Below, in pieces: positions 23,047 through 36,491 of a DNA stretch of 64,000 nt. The stretch is from positions 21,142,001 to 21,206,000 of the forward strand of contig OZ024764.1 of the NCBI GenBank assembly GCA_964016885.1, in the 5' to 3' direction. The position numbers and the translations under genes were made by a program. This stretch comes from Eledone cirrhosa (taxonomy: Eukaryota). The notes beneath the pieces are model-generated. The model was given only the letters and a program-made list of their open reading frames with translations. It did no database searches and was not told the origin of the DNA. Each line of letters begins with the position of its first letter. Position 1 is the first letter of the stretch.

Positions 23047-25800
23047 ATAAAGGATGATACAATGAAAGATAAATTCCTTCAATGTTGCAATATTAAAGAA
23101 AATGTAAAGGAAGGGGTGGACAACGGAGCCAACACCAGAGCAAAAGACAGCAACGAGGGGTACTGGGAAACCTCTCTAATGAGTATTGAGGCAAGCCAGC
23201 ACACTGACAGTGTTACCTCGGGTGATGGCGGGGCTGAAGTGCTGGAACAGCTAAGCGACCTCGCGATTTCACCAGTTACCTCTACAAGGCGAGCCGCCAG
23301 TGAGGAAAGGAACCTCGCAGTCAGCGGCCCGACTCCCCCAAACGTCTCGAAAGCCACAGGCTGAAGAATGTAGCTGGTCGACAGATCAGAGTATTTGAGG
23401 GTCTTACTCCGCTCGGCTGCCGAAGCTGTGGCTCTCGTCCTTACCGCAGCATCAAGGATGTGGGAAAGAGCAAAGGAGTCACTAACAGTGTCGTGCCAGA
23501 TTAGGCACCTGCCTCTCGACCAGGGGCACAGGGTAAGGCCGTCAGGTCTTTTGCCGTCACTTCTGGACAACCCAGATGGTTCCAAGACCGAGGGGATGTT
23601 TGCCCGGGCCAAAGCTCTCTTCAGAATAAAGTTTAGCTCCGTGTGACGGGCAAAGTGGCCGGCATTCAGGCAGCAAGAAAGACCGTGGGGGCCTGTGGAG
23701 TCGAGGAGTTAGCCACATCTCAAACCCATGCAGACGTCAGCTCCCACTCTGAGGGGGATGGAGACACGAAGTTCATCCAGGCTGAGTAGGCCTCCAACGT
23801 TGGCCACGGGTAAGGCATCGACCCAGTCACTGGAGTATTTGGCACTGGCAGATGGTAAGCGGCACCTTGTAAACTGATCTGAGAGGACAAAGTGGGAGAC
23901 GAAGGTGGCATTCCAACGTATCCTGTCCCAAGTTCTCTGACTTCGACTGTCCTCCACCTTCTCAGGAAGAGACAAGCCCAACTCACTCCATTGCTGGAGA
24001 GCTTCACACAACTCCCTGTTGGAACTAGTCCATGTTGGAGAGGAGAGGATGCTGCAAGCTTGGGTGGAGGAAAGGAAGCAGGGGAGAGAGAGGGACGAAC
24101 ACTTACTAACATTGACCAGACACTCGAGTCTCTCGAAGATTAGGTCGTCGAAGCGTTGGAGGCAGGATGGAAATCTGTGAGAGGGGCTGACCCTGAGCAG
24201 ATACAGAAGCTTAGGAATAGACAGGTAGTTCCTGAGTAAGAAGAAACCTTGATGGGGTTCGATATCTTCAATATTCCTCAGCAGCTGCTCAAGGCCAACC
24301 ATCTTCGATTGGATGGTTGACTCGAAGGCCAGGTCTGTGATCGGGGCTCCTAAGGAGCTTTGATTTGGAGAAGCCCCGGGGGGCTGTGGCAAAGTCGTCG
24401 GTAGAGTGTTGGTCATCCCCACGGAATAGTCAGAGCTGAAGTGGCACCGATGACAGGTTCAGTGTTGAAGCCTTTCGGCTTGAGCTTTGGTGATGCTGAC
24501 ACAGCTTCTGTGGTAGCTTGCGTGGCATAGGTGACATTTAATTGTCTTTAAGTACTGGTTAGTGCGGGCACAGAGGGCGCAATCAGGTGGCGGGCTGGCA
24601 ACAGCCGGCAGTAGAAGGCCAGCGTTGGAATTCGGTGAAGGGAGTGAGTCAGTAAAGGAGACAACAGTGGTTCTAACGATGGGACTAAAGCGGGGGTTGG
24701 GTAGTGAGCTAACAGTTATAGGGGTGGTGTGGTTGGCCGGGTTGGATTCGTTCGGAATCTGCCGTGAAGGAGAGGAGGGGTAGGTGGGGTCAAGTTAGCT
24801 CCTCTCGTGCTTGCTGCAGTTGGTGGAGAATGAGAGGTCGGAGGCTAACCGGTTGTCACATTAGTCGTTCCACCAAGCAGGTCTCTTGGTCGTTCGACGC
24901 ATGCCACCGCCACCTGGAGTGGACAAGGTTAAAGTGGTGGCAACTTTAGCAATCGGCAATCGCCGGTAATAGTTCGGTCGAAACATCGGGCCACCGGCGG
25001 GTTGAACGAATACCTAGGTGGGCTGTGCGCGAGGAGGAAGTAAGGGTTGAGCAAGGGGAGGGATGGAAGGTGTAGAAGGAGTGAGAAGATGATGAGTGCG
25101 TGGAGAGGAGTGTGGTCTTGTGAGAGGCAGATAAATACAGTGGGAGAGAAAGAGCACTGAACATGCAAAGAGAAGGAAAATAAAAACGCTAGAAATACAA
25201 AATCTAAGGCTGTGAGTTGGTGTAATAGTTCGCATGGGTAAATCCGCAGTAAAAACCGAAATTGTGAGTTTGTGTAAAAAAGAAAAAAAAAAAAAAACAT
25301 GGGCAAGACTTGAGTAAAATCAAAACCTGAATGATAGTGATACAAGATGTTTACAATTACGGAGTGATTACATTACTGGACCTGAATTCTATCAAGTGGT
25401 CAAAGCTTCTAATTCTGTGAAATAGAATGGAAGTATGGATTGTCCTTTCAGTCACACCTGACTATAAATAGATTCAGGCTATTTCAAGAGGGAGATGGGA
25501 TGGTTCCTCGCCATTTATAATTATTTATATTTTATATTTGGGGGGTTTGATTTTGAAAAATTGTAAGTGTATGTTAAGGAGGAAAGTATAATTGTGTGAT
25601 ACGATTGCTCCAGGTTGGTTCCCTACGTTGTTGCCACAAACAATTCTTTTTTCCTCCGAACATCTGTTATTCCTCTCCGTAGATTATAAATGGTAAAATC
25701 CGTTCGATCCAACCGAATGGAAAATCCAGTTCCTTGAAGAATATTTTGAGTTGTCTCGGACAAAGCAAAAAAAGGGGAAAGTTGAAAATGTTTACCTCGT
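23047..25800 (-). mobile_element. CRE-like non-LTR retrotransposon, RT core deleted
   Basis: REL endonuclease motif EPSGLSRSDGKRPDGLTLCPWSRGRCLIW. Collinear with 38610-42682 except for a ~1.3-kb gap at ~24355. Confidence 0.8.
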
Positions 25801-26261
25801 TTGGTGGTCAAATGCCATCTCCCACTGTGTTTTTCTTTCCTTTATCACTATTGTTCAATAAATTATATTATTATACACAGTTTAGACAATATATTTGTAA
25901 TGTCTTTCTCAAGGAATTGCCAGCAATGTATAATGTTATTTACACACTTATGTTATTTATGTATATATTTAAAACATATTTACAACGTTACTCTACTGTA
26001 AATTTATACAATTGTAATAAAATATATTAATTATATCATCACATAATATAAAAACGACCTTTAGAATATTTAAATATTTAGTTTTGTTAATTTATTTTTC
26101 AGCAACAACAAAAGTTTTCACTTTAATTAATTAGAGGTAGGTAAAATATAGATAATTACGATAACATTTTATATTTCCAGTAATGAAACAAACAAGAAAA
26201 TATATATTTGTGATGTGAAAAGTGAGCTTAAATCTACAATATTAATAGACATAATACTTAC

Positions 26262-26400
26262 ATTATAGTCTCAGGTGTTTAGTATTTACAGAAATGTTGT
26301 CTAAATGATGTTGTAGGAAGACTGACACGTGGACAGGAAGTCGACAACTGCACCACTGCGCATGCTTCAATGTCAAAGGTCAAGTTTTTTTGTGACGTAA
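26262..26400 (-). promoter_or_regulatory. Putative exon 1/promoter of ZNF copy 2
   Basis: Donor at 26261; same motif cluster (ACTGCGCATGC at 26355) plus an extra TCAAAGGTCAAG. Confidence 0.55.
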
Positions 26401-27449
26401 AAAATATTTTTACCGAATTAAATTATGTAAAGTTTGTAATAAAAAAAAATAACGTTGAAAACAGTAAATGTAATTAAAATAGAACAGCTAAGTACTCTTA
26501 CAGAGATCACCGGGTATCTCGGTAAAATCGGGTCATATGGGGGCTAAGTTGCCAGAACAGCTAAGTACCCTCACAAGAGTCATCGGGTACTTCGGTAAAG
26601 CCAGCTGCCAACAGTGACCACAACTTCGTTGTCAGCAGCCCAGCTTCTCAAACATCACAGACTGGAATAAATACTTTGCTGATCATTACTGGTAGTTTAG
26701 CTTTTATTTCGTTCGTCTACAGAAGCAGTGACCCTCACTTTTACTACAGCATGTAGGATGTGGGAGGGAGACGAAAACATCACTAACTGGGGTCTCACAA
26801 ATGTGACAGTTAGTTTTGAAAATACATATACAAGATACAAGATAAATGACTAGACTGAAATATATTTGATAGGGAATAAAGAGTAGAATATTCTAGTCTG
26901 TGGTGTTGGAGAAGTTTGGAGGAGATAGGTCCCTGCCAACGAGGTTCTTGTTATCGTCGGCAGCTCTCCTTACCGAGGTGTCTGGTGATACATATGAGGG
27001 TGTTTGGTAGTTCCAACATCTTAGCCTTGCTATCACTCGAGGTAAGACTGTCTCAGAAAGTATAGAGGGAAACTCCGGCACCCCATGTGATGTGAGACTG
27101 ATTGACAGAGTGTTGACTTAATATTTTCATTTGTTGTGATTCTATGTGAAATATATCTCTATGTAAGTAACTTGGTTACGTGAATCATTGTGAATCTCGT
27201 AAATACTTAAACAGAAATCTACTTAGGACACAAAATAAAGTAGATTCCATTGTACAAAGTATCTAAAGATCGTATATCAGAAACAAGAGGGGATGTAACG
27301 AGAGTTGTCTCCCCTTACATATGTTTTATGTTTGACAGTAGTAGAGGTTTAGATGTGTTTGTCTGTCTCTCTCTCGGTATAAACTACCATTTGCACTGCC
27401 TCTGTTTTTTGTCCCTGTCTAATATTTAACTATATATATATATATATAT

Positions 27450-27893
27450 CCATAGAGGGCTGGTGGCTAGCAGGGGCGATGACACCCTTGGAGAGTCGCT
27501 GGACATGGAAGAGGACGAACTGGCCAGCCTTTTCGGTAGGACTTTCTGCCCGGGACCAATGGACAACTTCCAGAAGTCACTAGCCTGGCAGTGCTACCGG
27601 GGGGCTCTACCCGTTCGAGAGAGGCTCTACAGACACGGGCGCCCGGGCAGGGATCCCTCGAAAAAGATTTGCCCTAGATGCGTGCGTCACGAAGAAACCG
27701 TTGCGCACGCATTGGTGCAATGTCTGGGCATGTCTGATCTGTGGGGCTACGCCGAACGACTGCTGTCGGGGGTGGCGCCGATTCGATTGACCGCCGAGTC
27801 CGTGATGACAATCAAGCCGCTTCCCCTCTTCACAAAGAAAGCAAAGGCGGTTTTTCTGTGCGTAAGAGCCATGTTGAAAGAGGTTGTTTGGTG
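27450..27893 (+). mobile_element. Fragment of a Tx1/L1-type LINE ORF2 C-terminal zinc-binding region
   Basis: GC-rich island encoding FQKSLAWQCYRGALPVRERL...CPRC...ETVAHALVQC (zf-RVT-like). Unique to spacer 2. Confidence 0.7.
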
Positions 27894-27931
27894 GTCGATC
27901 GTTCCTTCATATATATATATATACACACACA

Positions 27932-29950
27932 CTGTTGTACCTTGACTTATGAGTTTAATTTGTTCCGTGGAGGACCTCGTAACTTAAATTACTCGTATGT
28001 CAAATTTACTGAAATAAATTAAAATGCCGTTAATCCGTTCCAGACCCCACAAAACCACAGTTTGTTTTGTTACGTGTTTTAAATAAGAAAAATGTACTTA
28101 TAAATAACAAATATTGTATATAAAAAAAACAATACAATAGAATGTCCTACAATAAACTGGTTTTATTAAGTATAATGTACAGCATCTATCTTGGAGCTCA
28201 GACGACTTGAGGATGTTGACGGAGGAGAAAGGATGAACTGAATAACTGAATCTTATTCGCTGATTTTTGCTCTTTTCGCCACAATTTCCTCATTTTTATC
28301 TGCAGGGATTTTCGATAAGAACCTGTCTAATGAGGTTTGTTTCATCTCACTTGTTGAGATAACCTCCTCTGTGTCACCTATTTCCTGCAAAAACTCCGTG
28401 TATTGCTGTGTCTGTAGCTCCTTTAATTCCTTCGTTGTCATTTCCTCAGAGTGCTCCTTGATGAGCTCGTTGATGTCACCTTCATCCATGTCCAGGCCCA
28501 TGGACTTACCGAGGGGTACAATCTCCTCCACCACTGCCGCTTCGGGTTCCAGTCTTTCAAAGTCTGTTTTAGACACAACTTCAGGCCACAGCTTCTTCCA
28601 TGTAGAGGTCAAGGTTCTCTTTGTAAGACCCTGCCAGGTCATATCGATAATTCTGAGGCATATCACGATGTTATAATGGTCCTTCCAGACCTCTCAAGGG
28701 TGAAGTTTGTGCTCTCCGTCACTTCAAAGCAGCGACTGAACAGGTGCTTGGTGAAGAGCTTCTTGAAATTAGAAAGTACCTGCTGGTCCTTGGTCTGTAG
28801 GTTAGGGGTGGTGTTTGGTGAAAGGTAGAGGACCTTTATAAACTTGAACTCTTCGAGGTTAGATGGATGAGCGGTTGCACTGTCTAGGACAAGAAGGGTT
28901 TACAGGGGTAGGTTATTTTCCTGGAGATATTTTTTTACGTCAGGACCAAAGACCAAATTCACCCACTCCACAAAGAACTACCTGGTGACCCATGACCTCG
29001 GGTTTGCCCTCCACAAAACCTGCAGTTTTTCTTTCAGAATCTTATGTGACTTAAAGGTTCTGGAGTTTTCTGAACGATAAACGAGCAGCGGCTTAATCTT
29101 ACAGTCACCGCTCAGTGGCACACAGTGCGAGGGTTAGCCTATCCTTCATGGGTTTGTGGCGAGGCATCCTCTTCTCCTCTGCCATTATATAAGTCCTCCT
29201 TGGCATCTTCTTCCCAAAAAGTCCTGTTTCATCACAGTTAAAGACTTGCTGAGGGATGTATCCTTTGGCTGCTATAATTCCGGCAAAGGTTTTGAGGTAA
29301 TCCTCAGCTGCCTTCATATCCGCGCTCGCTGCCTCACCATGAATGATAAAGGAGTGAATGCCGGTCCTCTTTTTAAAATTCTCAAACCAACCCCGACTGG
29401 CATTAAAGGGCTTGCCGATGCCTCGTCCGTAGAAGTACCTGGGGTCTGCTGCAGCAAATCAGCGTAAATAGCTCGTGCCTTCTCACATATTATAATCTTC
29501 ATCACGGTATCTCTTGCGAGCTGCTTCTCCGTCAACCACACCATCAGCAGCTTTTCCACATTTTCATGGATAGATGTCCGCTGTTTAGAAATTATTTTAC
29601 CACCCTTAGCTGGGGTTATAGCCTTTATCAAGTCCTTCTTCTTCAGTATGGTACATATCGTAGAAGTGCTACGCTCGTACTACTTCACCAAGTCCACTAC
29701 ACACACCTTGGTCATGTTTTTCTATAATTTCTTTCTTTAATTCAATAGACATCATCTGCTTCTTCTTCTCAGAACTGTCCTTCGCCCTCACTTTCTTCGA
29801 AGCCATGGGATGCTGGACGGGTGTTATGGTATTCCCTGTGGCGGTCGCTATCCCAACGAGAACTGGAACAAAACGCAAAAAATCAGCCTAGGGCCAGCTC
29901 GTATCTCGAAAACTCTTTACTTGGGACACTCGTAAGTCAAGGTACCACTG
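27932..29950 (-). mobile_element. Tigger/pogo DNA transposon, frameshifted transposase
   Basis: TIRs ctgttgtaccttgacttatgag / ctcgtaagtcaaggtaccactg|TA. Protein fragments SIELKKEIIEKH, EKLLMVWL, QVFNCDETGL..KKMPRRTYI, KDRLTL. Confidence 0.9.
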
Positions 29951-31029
29951 TATATATATATATATGTGTGTGTTTGTATGTGTGTGTATATGTATATTAT
30001 AAAATTATAGAAAACAGCGATCTTCTGATTTCTTAATGCTGTAAAGTGGTCATGTAGGTGCCATGGCAAAAAGCACCCAGTACTCAATGTAAATAAGGTT
30101 GGTGCTAGGAAGGGCATCCAGCTGTAGAAACAAAACCAAAATTTGTTCTGTAGGAGCAACACGTGGTCACCTGACCTGGCATTGCTTACAACAGGATAAC
30201 TCGTCTAACCCATGCCAGCGTGGAAAAACTGATGTAAAACAGTGATGATGATATAACATTTGTTTAATAATGAATTCCAATCTCATTGTTAACAGCTATA
30301 GATGTCAGGATGTGAACCTTCTTACTGAAATATCTTCTCCATGTTAGTGGCTGAAGAAGATTTAGAAAACTTTCACACAATAAACGTATATATATATATA
30401 CACACACAATTTATTAAACAACACCACCAGCGCCCACTCTCTCACCACCACTGTCTCTCCCTATATTTATGAAGGTACCCAGAAAACCCCGTATCTTGGG
30501 AACCTGTGATCCAATTTATACAAATCTTGTTTTATTCTTTTCAAAGTATTTCCCCATTATGCACTGTTTTAGCTGTATTAAATTACGGACAAGACACAAT
30601 CACAGAGTTTTAGTAGTATATAGATAATATAGCTTCAAATTAAAGTTAGTAAACGACAGTTTGGAGAAATCTGTAACATTTATTAAACATTGTTCAAGTT
30701 TGTCAATTCTATAGCACAATAGTTTGTTAGTTAAAGTGTTTAGTTAGATATTCTACATATAAAGAGAGAATACTTTACCACAAATATTAGTGGTATAATG
30801 ATTTTCCCATCTCTTCTGGAAAATATTCCTATGTTGATGTAAATATTTCTATTGTTCATAATTTTACCAAATGTGATCTTTGTCAATATCCAAATATTTT
30901 GAAAACTCCTTTGTAAATATCCAAAGGGTTGGCACAAAAACCTAATTGAAGACAGCAAGTTTGGCTTTTATGCCTACCTCCCTTCTTCTGATTACTGAAT
31001 ATTGGAGCTGGTGCATTACTGATATTTCA

Positions 31030-31580
31030 CTGCCCACACTGCAAAGTGGTTGGGTAGGAGATATGACAAAAAGCACCCAACCCACACTGTAAAGAACACA
31101 CAGTCAACATTATAAGGTGGTCATGTAGGTGATATGACAAAAAGAAACCAGCCCACACTGCAAAGAACACACAGTCAACATTATAAGGCGGTCATGTAGG
31201 TGATATGACAAAAAGAAACCAGCCCACACTGTAAAGAACACACAGTCAATACTATAAACTGGTCATGTAGGTGACATGACAAAAAGAAACCAGCCCACAC
31301 TGTAAAGCGGTTGCATAGGTGTCACGGCAAAAAGCACCCAGCCCACACTGTAAAGTGGTCATGTAGGTGACAACAAAAAGTACCCAGCCAAAACTTTAAA
31401 ATGGTCATGTTGGTGTCACAACAAAAAGTACCCAGTCCACACTATAAAGTGGTCATGTTGGTGTCACAACAAAAAGTAACCAATGCACACTGTAAAGTGG
31501 TCATGTAGCTGTCACAACAAAAAGCACCCAGCCCACACTGTAAAGTGGTCGTGATGGTGAGATGGTAAAATGCACCCAGT
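31030..31580 (+). repeat. 48/69-bp RTE-3'UTR-derived minisatellite running into an RTE-related tail (also 46940-47340 and 48280-48830)
   Basis: Same unit; followed by ggttggtgctaggaagggcatccagctgtagaaac...(tga)n. Confidence 0.85.
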
Positions 31581-32096
31581 ACTCAATGTAAATAAGGTTG
31601 GTGCTAGGAAGGGCATCCAGCTGTAGAAACCAATCCAAAATTTGTTCTGTAGGAGCAACACGTGATCACCTGACCTGGCAATGCTTACAACAGGATAACT
31701 CGTCTAACCCATGCCAGCGTGAAAAAACTGATGTAAAACAGTGATGATGATATAACATTTGTTTAATAATGAATTCCAATCTCATTGTTAACAGCTATAG
31801 ATGTCAGGATGTGAACCTTTTTACTGAAATATCTTCTCCATGTTAGTGGCTGAAGAAGATTTAGAAAACTTTCACACAATAACAGTATTCCCTAACTTCT
31901 CCCCTAAAAAATACAAGACAAGCAGGGCCAGACTTTTACCTACTGAAGCCCTAAGCTATATGAAGTTAGAGGTTCTTCTCTAAAAATATATAATTATCTT
32001 TTATATTAATGTTGGTGTGAGCCTCACGAGATGGAATGGCTCTTCCAGCACATCTAGAACAACATGACCCTCTAATATCTAGTATTTAGTAACAAA

Positions 32097-32574
32097 CTAG
32101 ATCACCCGCGACCTGTTGGATCACGTTCCTTTATCACTATTTTTTAAAAGTCATTTAAAATAATTTTTAAACAGTTAAAATATACACATACGTATATATA
32201 TATATATATATATATCATCATCATCATCACCGTTTTATGTCCGTTCTTCCACGCTAGCATGGGTTAGACGAGTTGTCCTGTTGTGGGCAGCGTCTGGTCG
32301 GCTGACCATGCCTTGCTCATACAGGAACTGATTTGGCTTGATTTCTACAGCTGGATGCCCTTCCTAACACCAACCTCATTTACAGTGAGTGTTGGCTGCT
32401 TTTTCGTGGCGCCTACATGTCCACTTTACAGTGTGGGCTGGGTGCTTTTTTGCCGTGGCACCTCCACGACCACCTTGCGGTGGGAGGTGTGGGGGCATAT
32501 TGTCTATATGCTTCATACGTGTATATATATATATAGATACATATATATGCACATACGTATATATATATAGATAC

Positions 32575-32608
<34 letters not shown>

Positions 32609-32829
32609 ATTTTAAACAACACCACCAGCTGCGACTCTCTCACCACCACTGTCTCGCTCTCTCCCTATATTTATGAAGGTACCCAGAAAACCCCGTATCT
32701 TGGGAACCTGTACTCCATTTTATACAAAAACTTGTTTTATTCCTTTCAAAGTATTTCCTCATTATGCACTGTTTTAGCTGTATTAAATTACGGACAAGAC
32801 ACAATCACAGAGTTTTAGTAGTATATAGT
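32097..32829 (-). mobile_element. Helitron-like element with a nested RTE 3' end (32215-32520, minus); duplicated at 49346-50074
   Basis: Same termini as 1917-2317; (cat)n caccgttttatgtccgttcttccacgctagc is inserted in the (TA)n core. Confidence 0.7.
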
Positions 32830-33514
32830 TAATATAGCTTCAAATTAAAGTTAGTAAACGACAGTTTGGAGAAATCTGTAACATTTATTAAACATTCCTC
32901 AAGTTTGTCAATTCTATAGCACAATAGTTTGTTAGTTAAAGTGTTTAGTTAGCTGTTCTACATATAAAGAAGAGAGAATACTTTGCTACAAATATTACAG
33001 TGGTATAATGATTTTCCCATCTCTTCTGGAAAATATTCCTATGTTGATGTAAATATTTCTATTGTTCATAATTTTACCAAATGTGATCTTTGTGAATATC
33101 CAAATATTTTGAAAACTCCTTTGTAAATATCCAAAGTTTAATCAGAATGTAAAATCATCTTGTAAATATTCCAGACAGTGAAAAAGGAATATGTTGTTAT
33201 TTATCTGTCAAGGTCATGTGATATTCTGAAATAGTAGAGAAACATTATTAAGATATTTAGAAAATAGAGATACAACAGTGAAAACTTTACTACATCTCTA
33301 TATTAATAGATATAAACCTTACATGGTGACACAAACACTGCAACACTAACTTACAGGAAACCATCTAGTTACTTGATCTAGTTACTTCAATCAGGTGAAG
33401 AGATAAACTAGATTGACTTCATTCTCATCAGAAAACAGGATAGACAGATGGTTGGGAATATTAACTCCTTTACTGGAGAAGGACGTACCACTCAACATAG
33501 ACTAGATACTAGGT

Positions 33515-34485
33515 GTAATATCTAGAGGGACTGACAGATACAGGACTATCTGGAGATAGAAGGGTTGGAGAGTAAAAGATCTCCCTGTTAAATATAAGAT
33601 CTACAGGGATTGTGAGGGAGGTACAAGACGACCTAGAGAAAAGGGTAGGGCTAGTAAAAGATCTCCCTGTTAAATATAAGATCTAGAGGGACTGTGAGAG
33701 AGGTACAAGACAACCTAGAGAAAAGGGTAGGGATAGTAAAAGATCTCCCTGTTAAATATAAGATCTAGAGGTACTGTGAGAGTGGTATAAGGCAACCTAG
33801 AGAAAAGGGTAGGGACAGTAAAAGAGCTCCCTGTTAAATATAAGATCTAGAGGGACTGTGAGAGAGGTAAAAGAAAACCTTGAGAAAATTTTAGGGCTAG
33901 TAAAAGATCTCCCTGTTAAATATAAGATCTAGAAATACTGTGAAAGAGATACAAGAGAATCTAGAGAAAAGGGTAGGGACAGTAAAAGATCTCCCTGTTA
34001 AATATAAGATCTAGAGGGACTGTGAGAGAGGTACAAGACAACCTAGAGAAAAGGGTAGGGATAGTAAAACATCTCCCTGTTAAATATAAGATCTAGAGGG
34101 ACTGTGAGAGAGGTACAAGACAACCTAGAGAAAAGGGTAGGGACAGTAAAAGATCTCCCTGTTAAATATAAGATCTAGAGGGATACCTAGAGAAAATTTT
34201 AGGGCTAGTAAAAGATCTCCGTGTTAAATATAAGATCTAGAAATACTGTGAAAGAGATACAAGAGAATCTAGAGAAAAGGGTAGGGACAGTAAAAGATCT
34301 CCCTGTTAAATATTAGATCTAGAGGGATACCTAGAGAAAAGGGTAGGGACAGTAAAAGATCTCCCTGTTAAATATAAGATCTAGAGGGACTATGAGAGAG
34401 GTACAAGACAACCTAGAGAAAAGGGTAGGGACAGCAAAAGATCTCCCTGTTAAATATAAGATCTAGAGGGACTGTGAGAGTGGTA
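33515..34485 (+). repeat. 82-bp minisatellite, ~12 units including shortened variants
   Basis: Same unit as 3100-3760. Confidence 0.9.
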
Positions 34486-35123
34486 CATATGATAAGGAGG
34501 AGGAGATTGATAGCTATGACATAGAAGATATCTGGAAGTTTCTTTCAGACAGCCTGTTTTGAACCACTGATGAGATTTGTAGTTGATGTAAGCTGCCAGC
34601 CAGATGAATGTTGCCTTGGTGATAGAATAGTCCAGTAGATAGAAGTTGAAATCTAAAACACCTGAAGAGACAGGAGGGGAACAACAATGTCAAATAGTTA
34701 AAATGGAAGCTAGATATTGGGCTTACAAGTTATTGATTTCTGTTGATATTGTTAAAATCTGTTTAATCTGTGATATTTGAGACAATGTACAGGACAATAG
34801 AATTAATATCAATGTCAGACTAGCAACAACAAAAGTTTTCATTTTATTGGCATGTTTAAATTACAGAAGTTCCCAACCTTTACTAAAAATACAAATATAT
34901 ATCTTACCTGTTAAAGTATAATAAATCAAAGTTTAATGTGAAAAACTTTAATTTACACAAAATCTTCAAACACTGCTTCAAAAATGGAAACCTGGTGTTT
35001 ATGGTCCTTGTCCTAGGTAAAACCTACAAGGTTAACCCCAGTTTTAGCCAGGATGATGGATCTACATATTGGTTGTTGTTGTTGTTGTTGTAGTATGATG
35101 TAATGAGTTTGATATTGACATAG

Positions 35124-36491
35124 CTAAACTTTTGTATGAATACGCACATGCTTGGTTAAGTTACCTCTAAGAGAGAATGATTTACCACAGATGTCACAGT
35201 GATATGGCTTCTCTCCCGTATGAGTACGTTTGTGGGCAGTTAAGGTATTACCCTGACTGAATGATTTACCACAGATGTCACAGTGATATGTCTTCTCTCC
35301 TGTATGAATACGTTTGTGAGTAGTTAGGTCACTACTATGAGAGAATGATTTATCACAGATGTCACACTGATATGGCTTCTCTCCCGTATGAGTACGTTTG
35401 TGGGCAGTTAAGGTATTACTCTGAGTGAATGATTTACCACAGATGTCACAGTGATATATCTTCTCTCCTGTATGAATACGTTTGTGAACTCTGACGCTAC
35501 TTCTGTGACTGAATGATTTGTCACAGATATCACACTGATATGGTTTCTCTCCTGTATGAATACGTTGGTGTTTAAGGAAGCTACTTCTGTCAGAGAATGA
35601 TTTACTACAGATGTCACAGTGATATGGCTTCTCTCCTGTATGAGTATGTTTGTGGGTAGTTAGGTGATTACTCTGAGAGAATGAATTACCGCAGATGTCA
35701 CAGTGATATGGCTTCTCTCCTGTATGAGTACGTTGGTGGGTAGTTAAGGTATTTCTGTGACTAAATGATTTACCACAGATGTCACAGTGATGTGGCTTCT
35801 CTCCTGTATGAATTTGTTTGTGAACTCTGACGCTAATATTGTAACTGAATGATTTACCACAGATATCACACTTATAAGGCTTCTCTCCTGTATGAATACG
35901 TTTGTGAGTAGTTAGGTGCTGACTACAAGTGAATGATTTACCACAGATATCACAATGATATGGGTTCTCTCCTGTATGAATACGTTTGTGAGTAGTTAAG
36001 GTATTACTGCGACTGAATGATTTACCACAGATATCACACTTATAAGGCTTCTCTCCTGTATGAATACGTTTGTGAGTAGTCAGGTGATGACTACAAGTGA
36101 ATGATTTACCACAGATATCACAATGATATGGGTTCTCTCCTGTATGAATACGTTTGTGAGTAGTTAAGGTATTACTGCGACTGAATGATTTACCACAGAT
36201 ATCACACTTATAAGGCTTCTCTCCTGTATGAATACGTTTGTGAGTAGTCAGGTGATGACTACAAGTGAATGATTTACCACAGATATCACAATGATATGGG
36301 TTCTCTCCTGTATGAATACGTTTGTGAGTAGTTAAGGTATTACTGCGACTGAATGATTTACCACAGATATCACAGTGATATGGCTTCTCTCCTGTATGAA
36401 TACGTTTGTGAGTAGTTAGGTGATTACCACGAGAGAATGATTTACCACAGATATCACAGTGGAATGGTGATTTTACTATATTTTTCGACAT
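35124..36491 (-). CDS. C2H2 zinc-finger protein, 16 fingers (copy 3)
   Basis: 455 aa = 16x28+7; contains a 168-bp two-finger triplication. Confidence 0.93.
   Translation of the reverse strand: MSKNIVKSPFHCDICGKSFSRGNHLTTHKRIHTGEKPYHCDICGKSFSRSNTLTTHKRIHTGENPYHCDICGKSFTCSHHLTTHKRIHTGEKPYKCDICGKSFSRSNTLTTHKRIHTGENPYHCDICGKSFTCSHHLTTHKRIHTGEKPYKCDICGKSFSRSNTLTTHKRIHTGENPYHCDICGKSFTCSQHLTTHKRIHTGEKPYKCDICGKSFSYNISVRVHKQIHTGEKPHHCDICGKSFSHRNTLTTHQRTHTGEKPYHCDICGNSFSQSNHLTTHKHTHTGEKPYHCDICSKSFSDRSSFLKHQRIHTGEKPYQCDICDKSFSHRSSVRVHKRIHTGEKIYHCDICGKSFTQSNTLTAHKRTHTGEKPYQCDICDKSFSHSSDLTTHKRIHTGEKTYHCDICGKSFSQGNTLTAHKRTHTGEKPYHCDICGKSFSLRGNLTKHVRIHTKV

Noticed and set aside
28253-29878. Host TIGD1-like gene
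   Set aside because: Fragmented ORF bounded by TIRs: a dead Tigger element.
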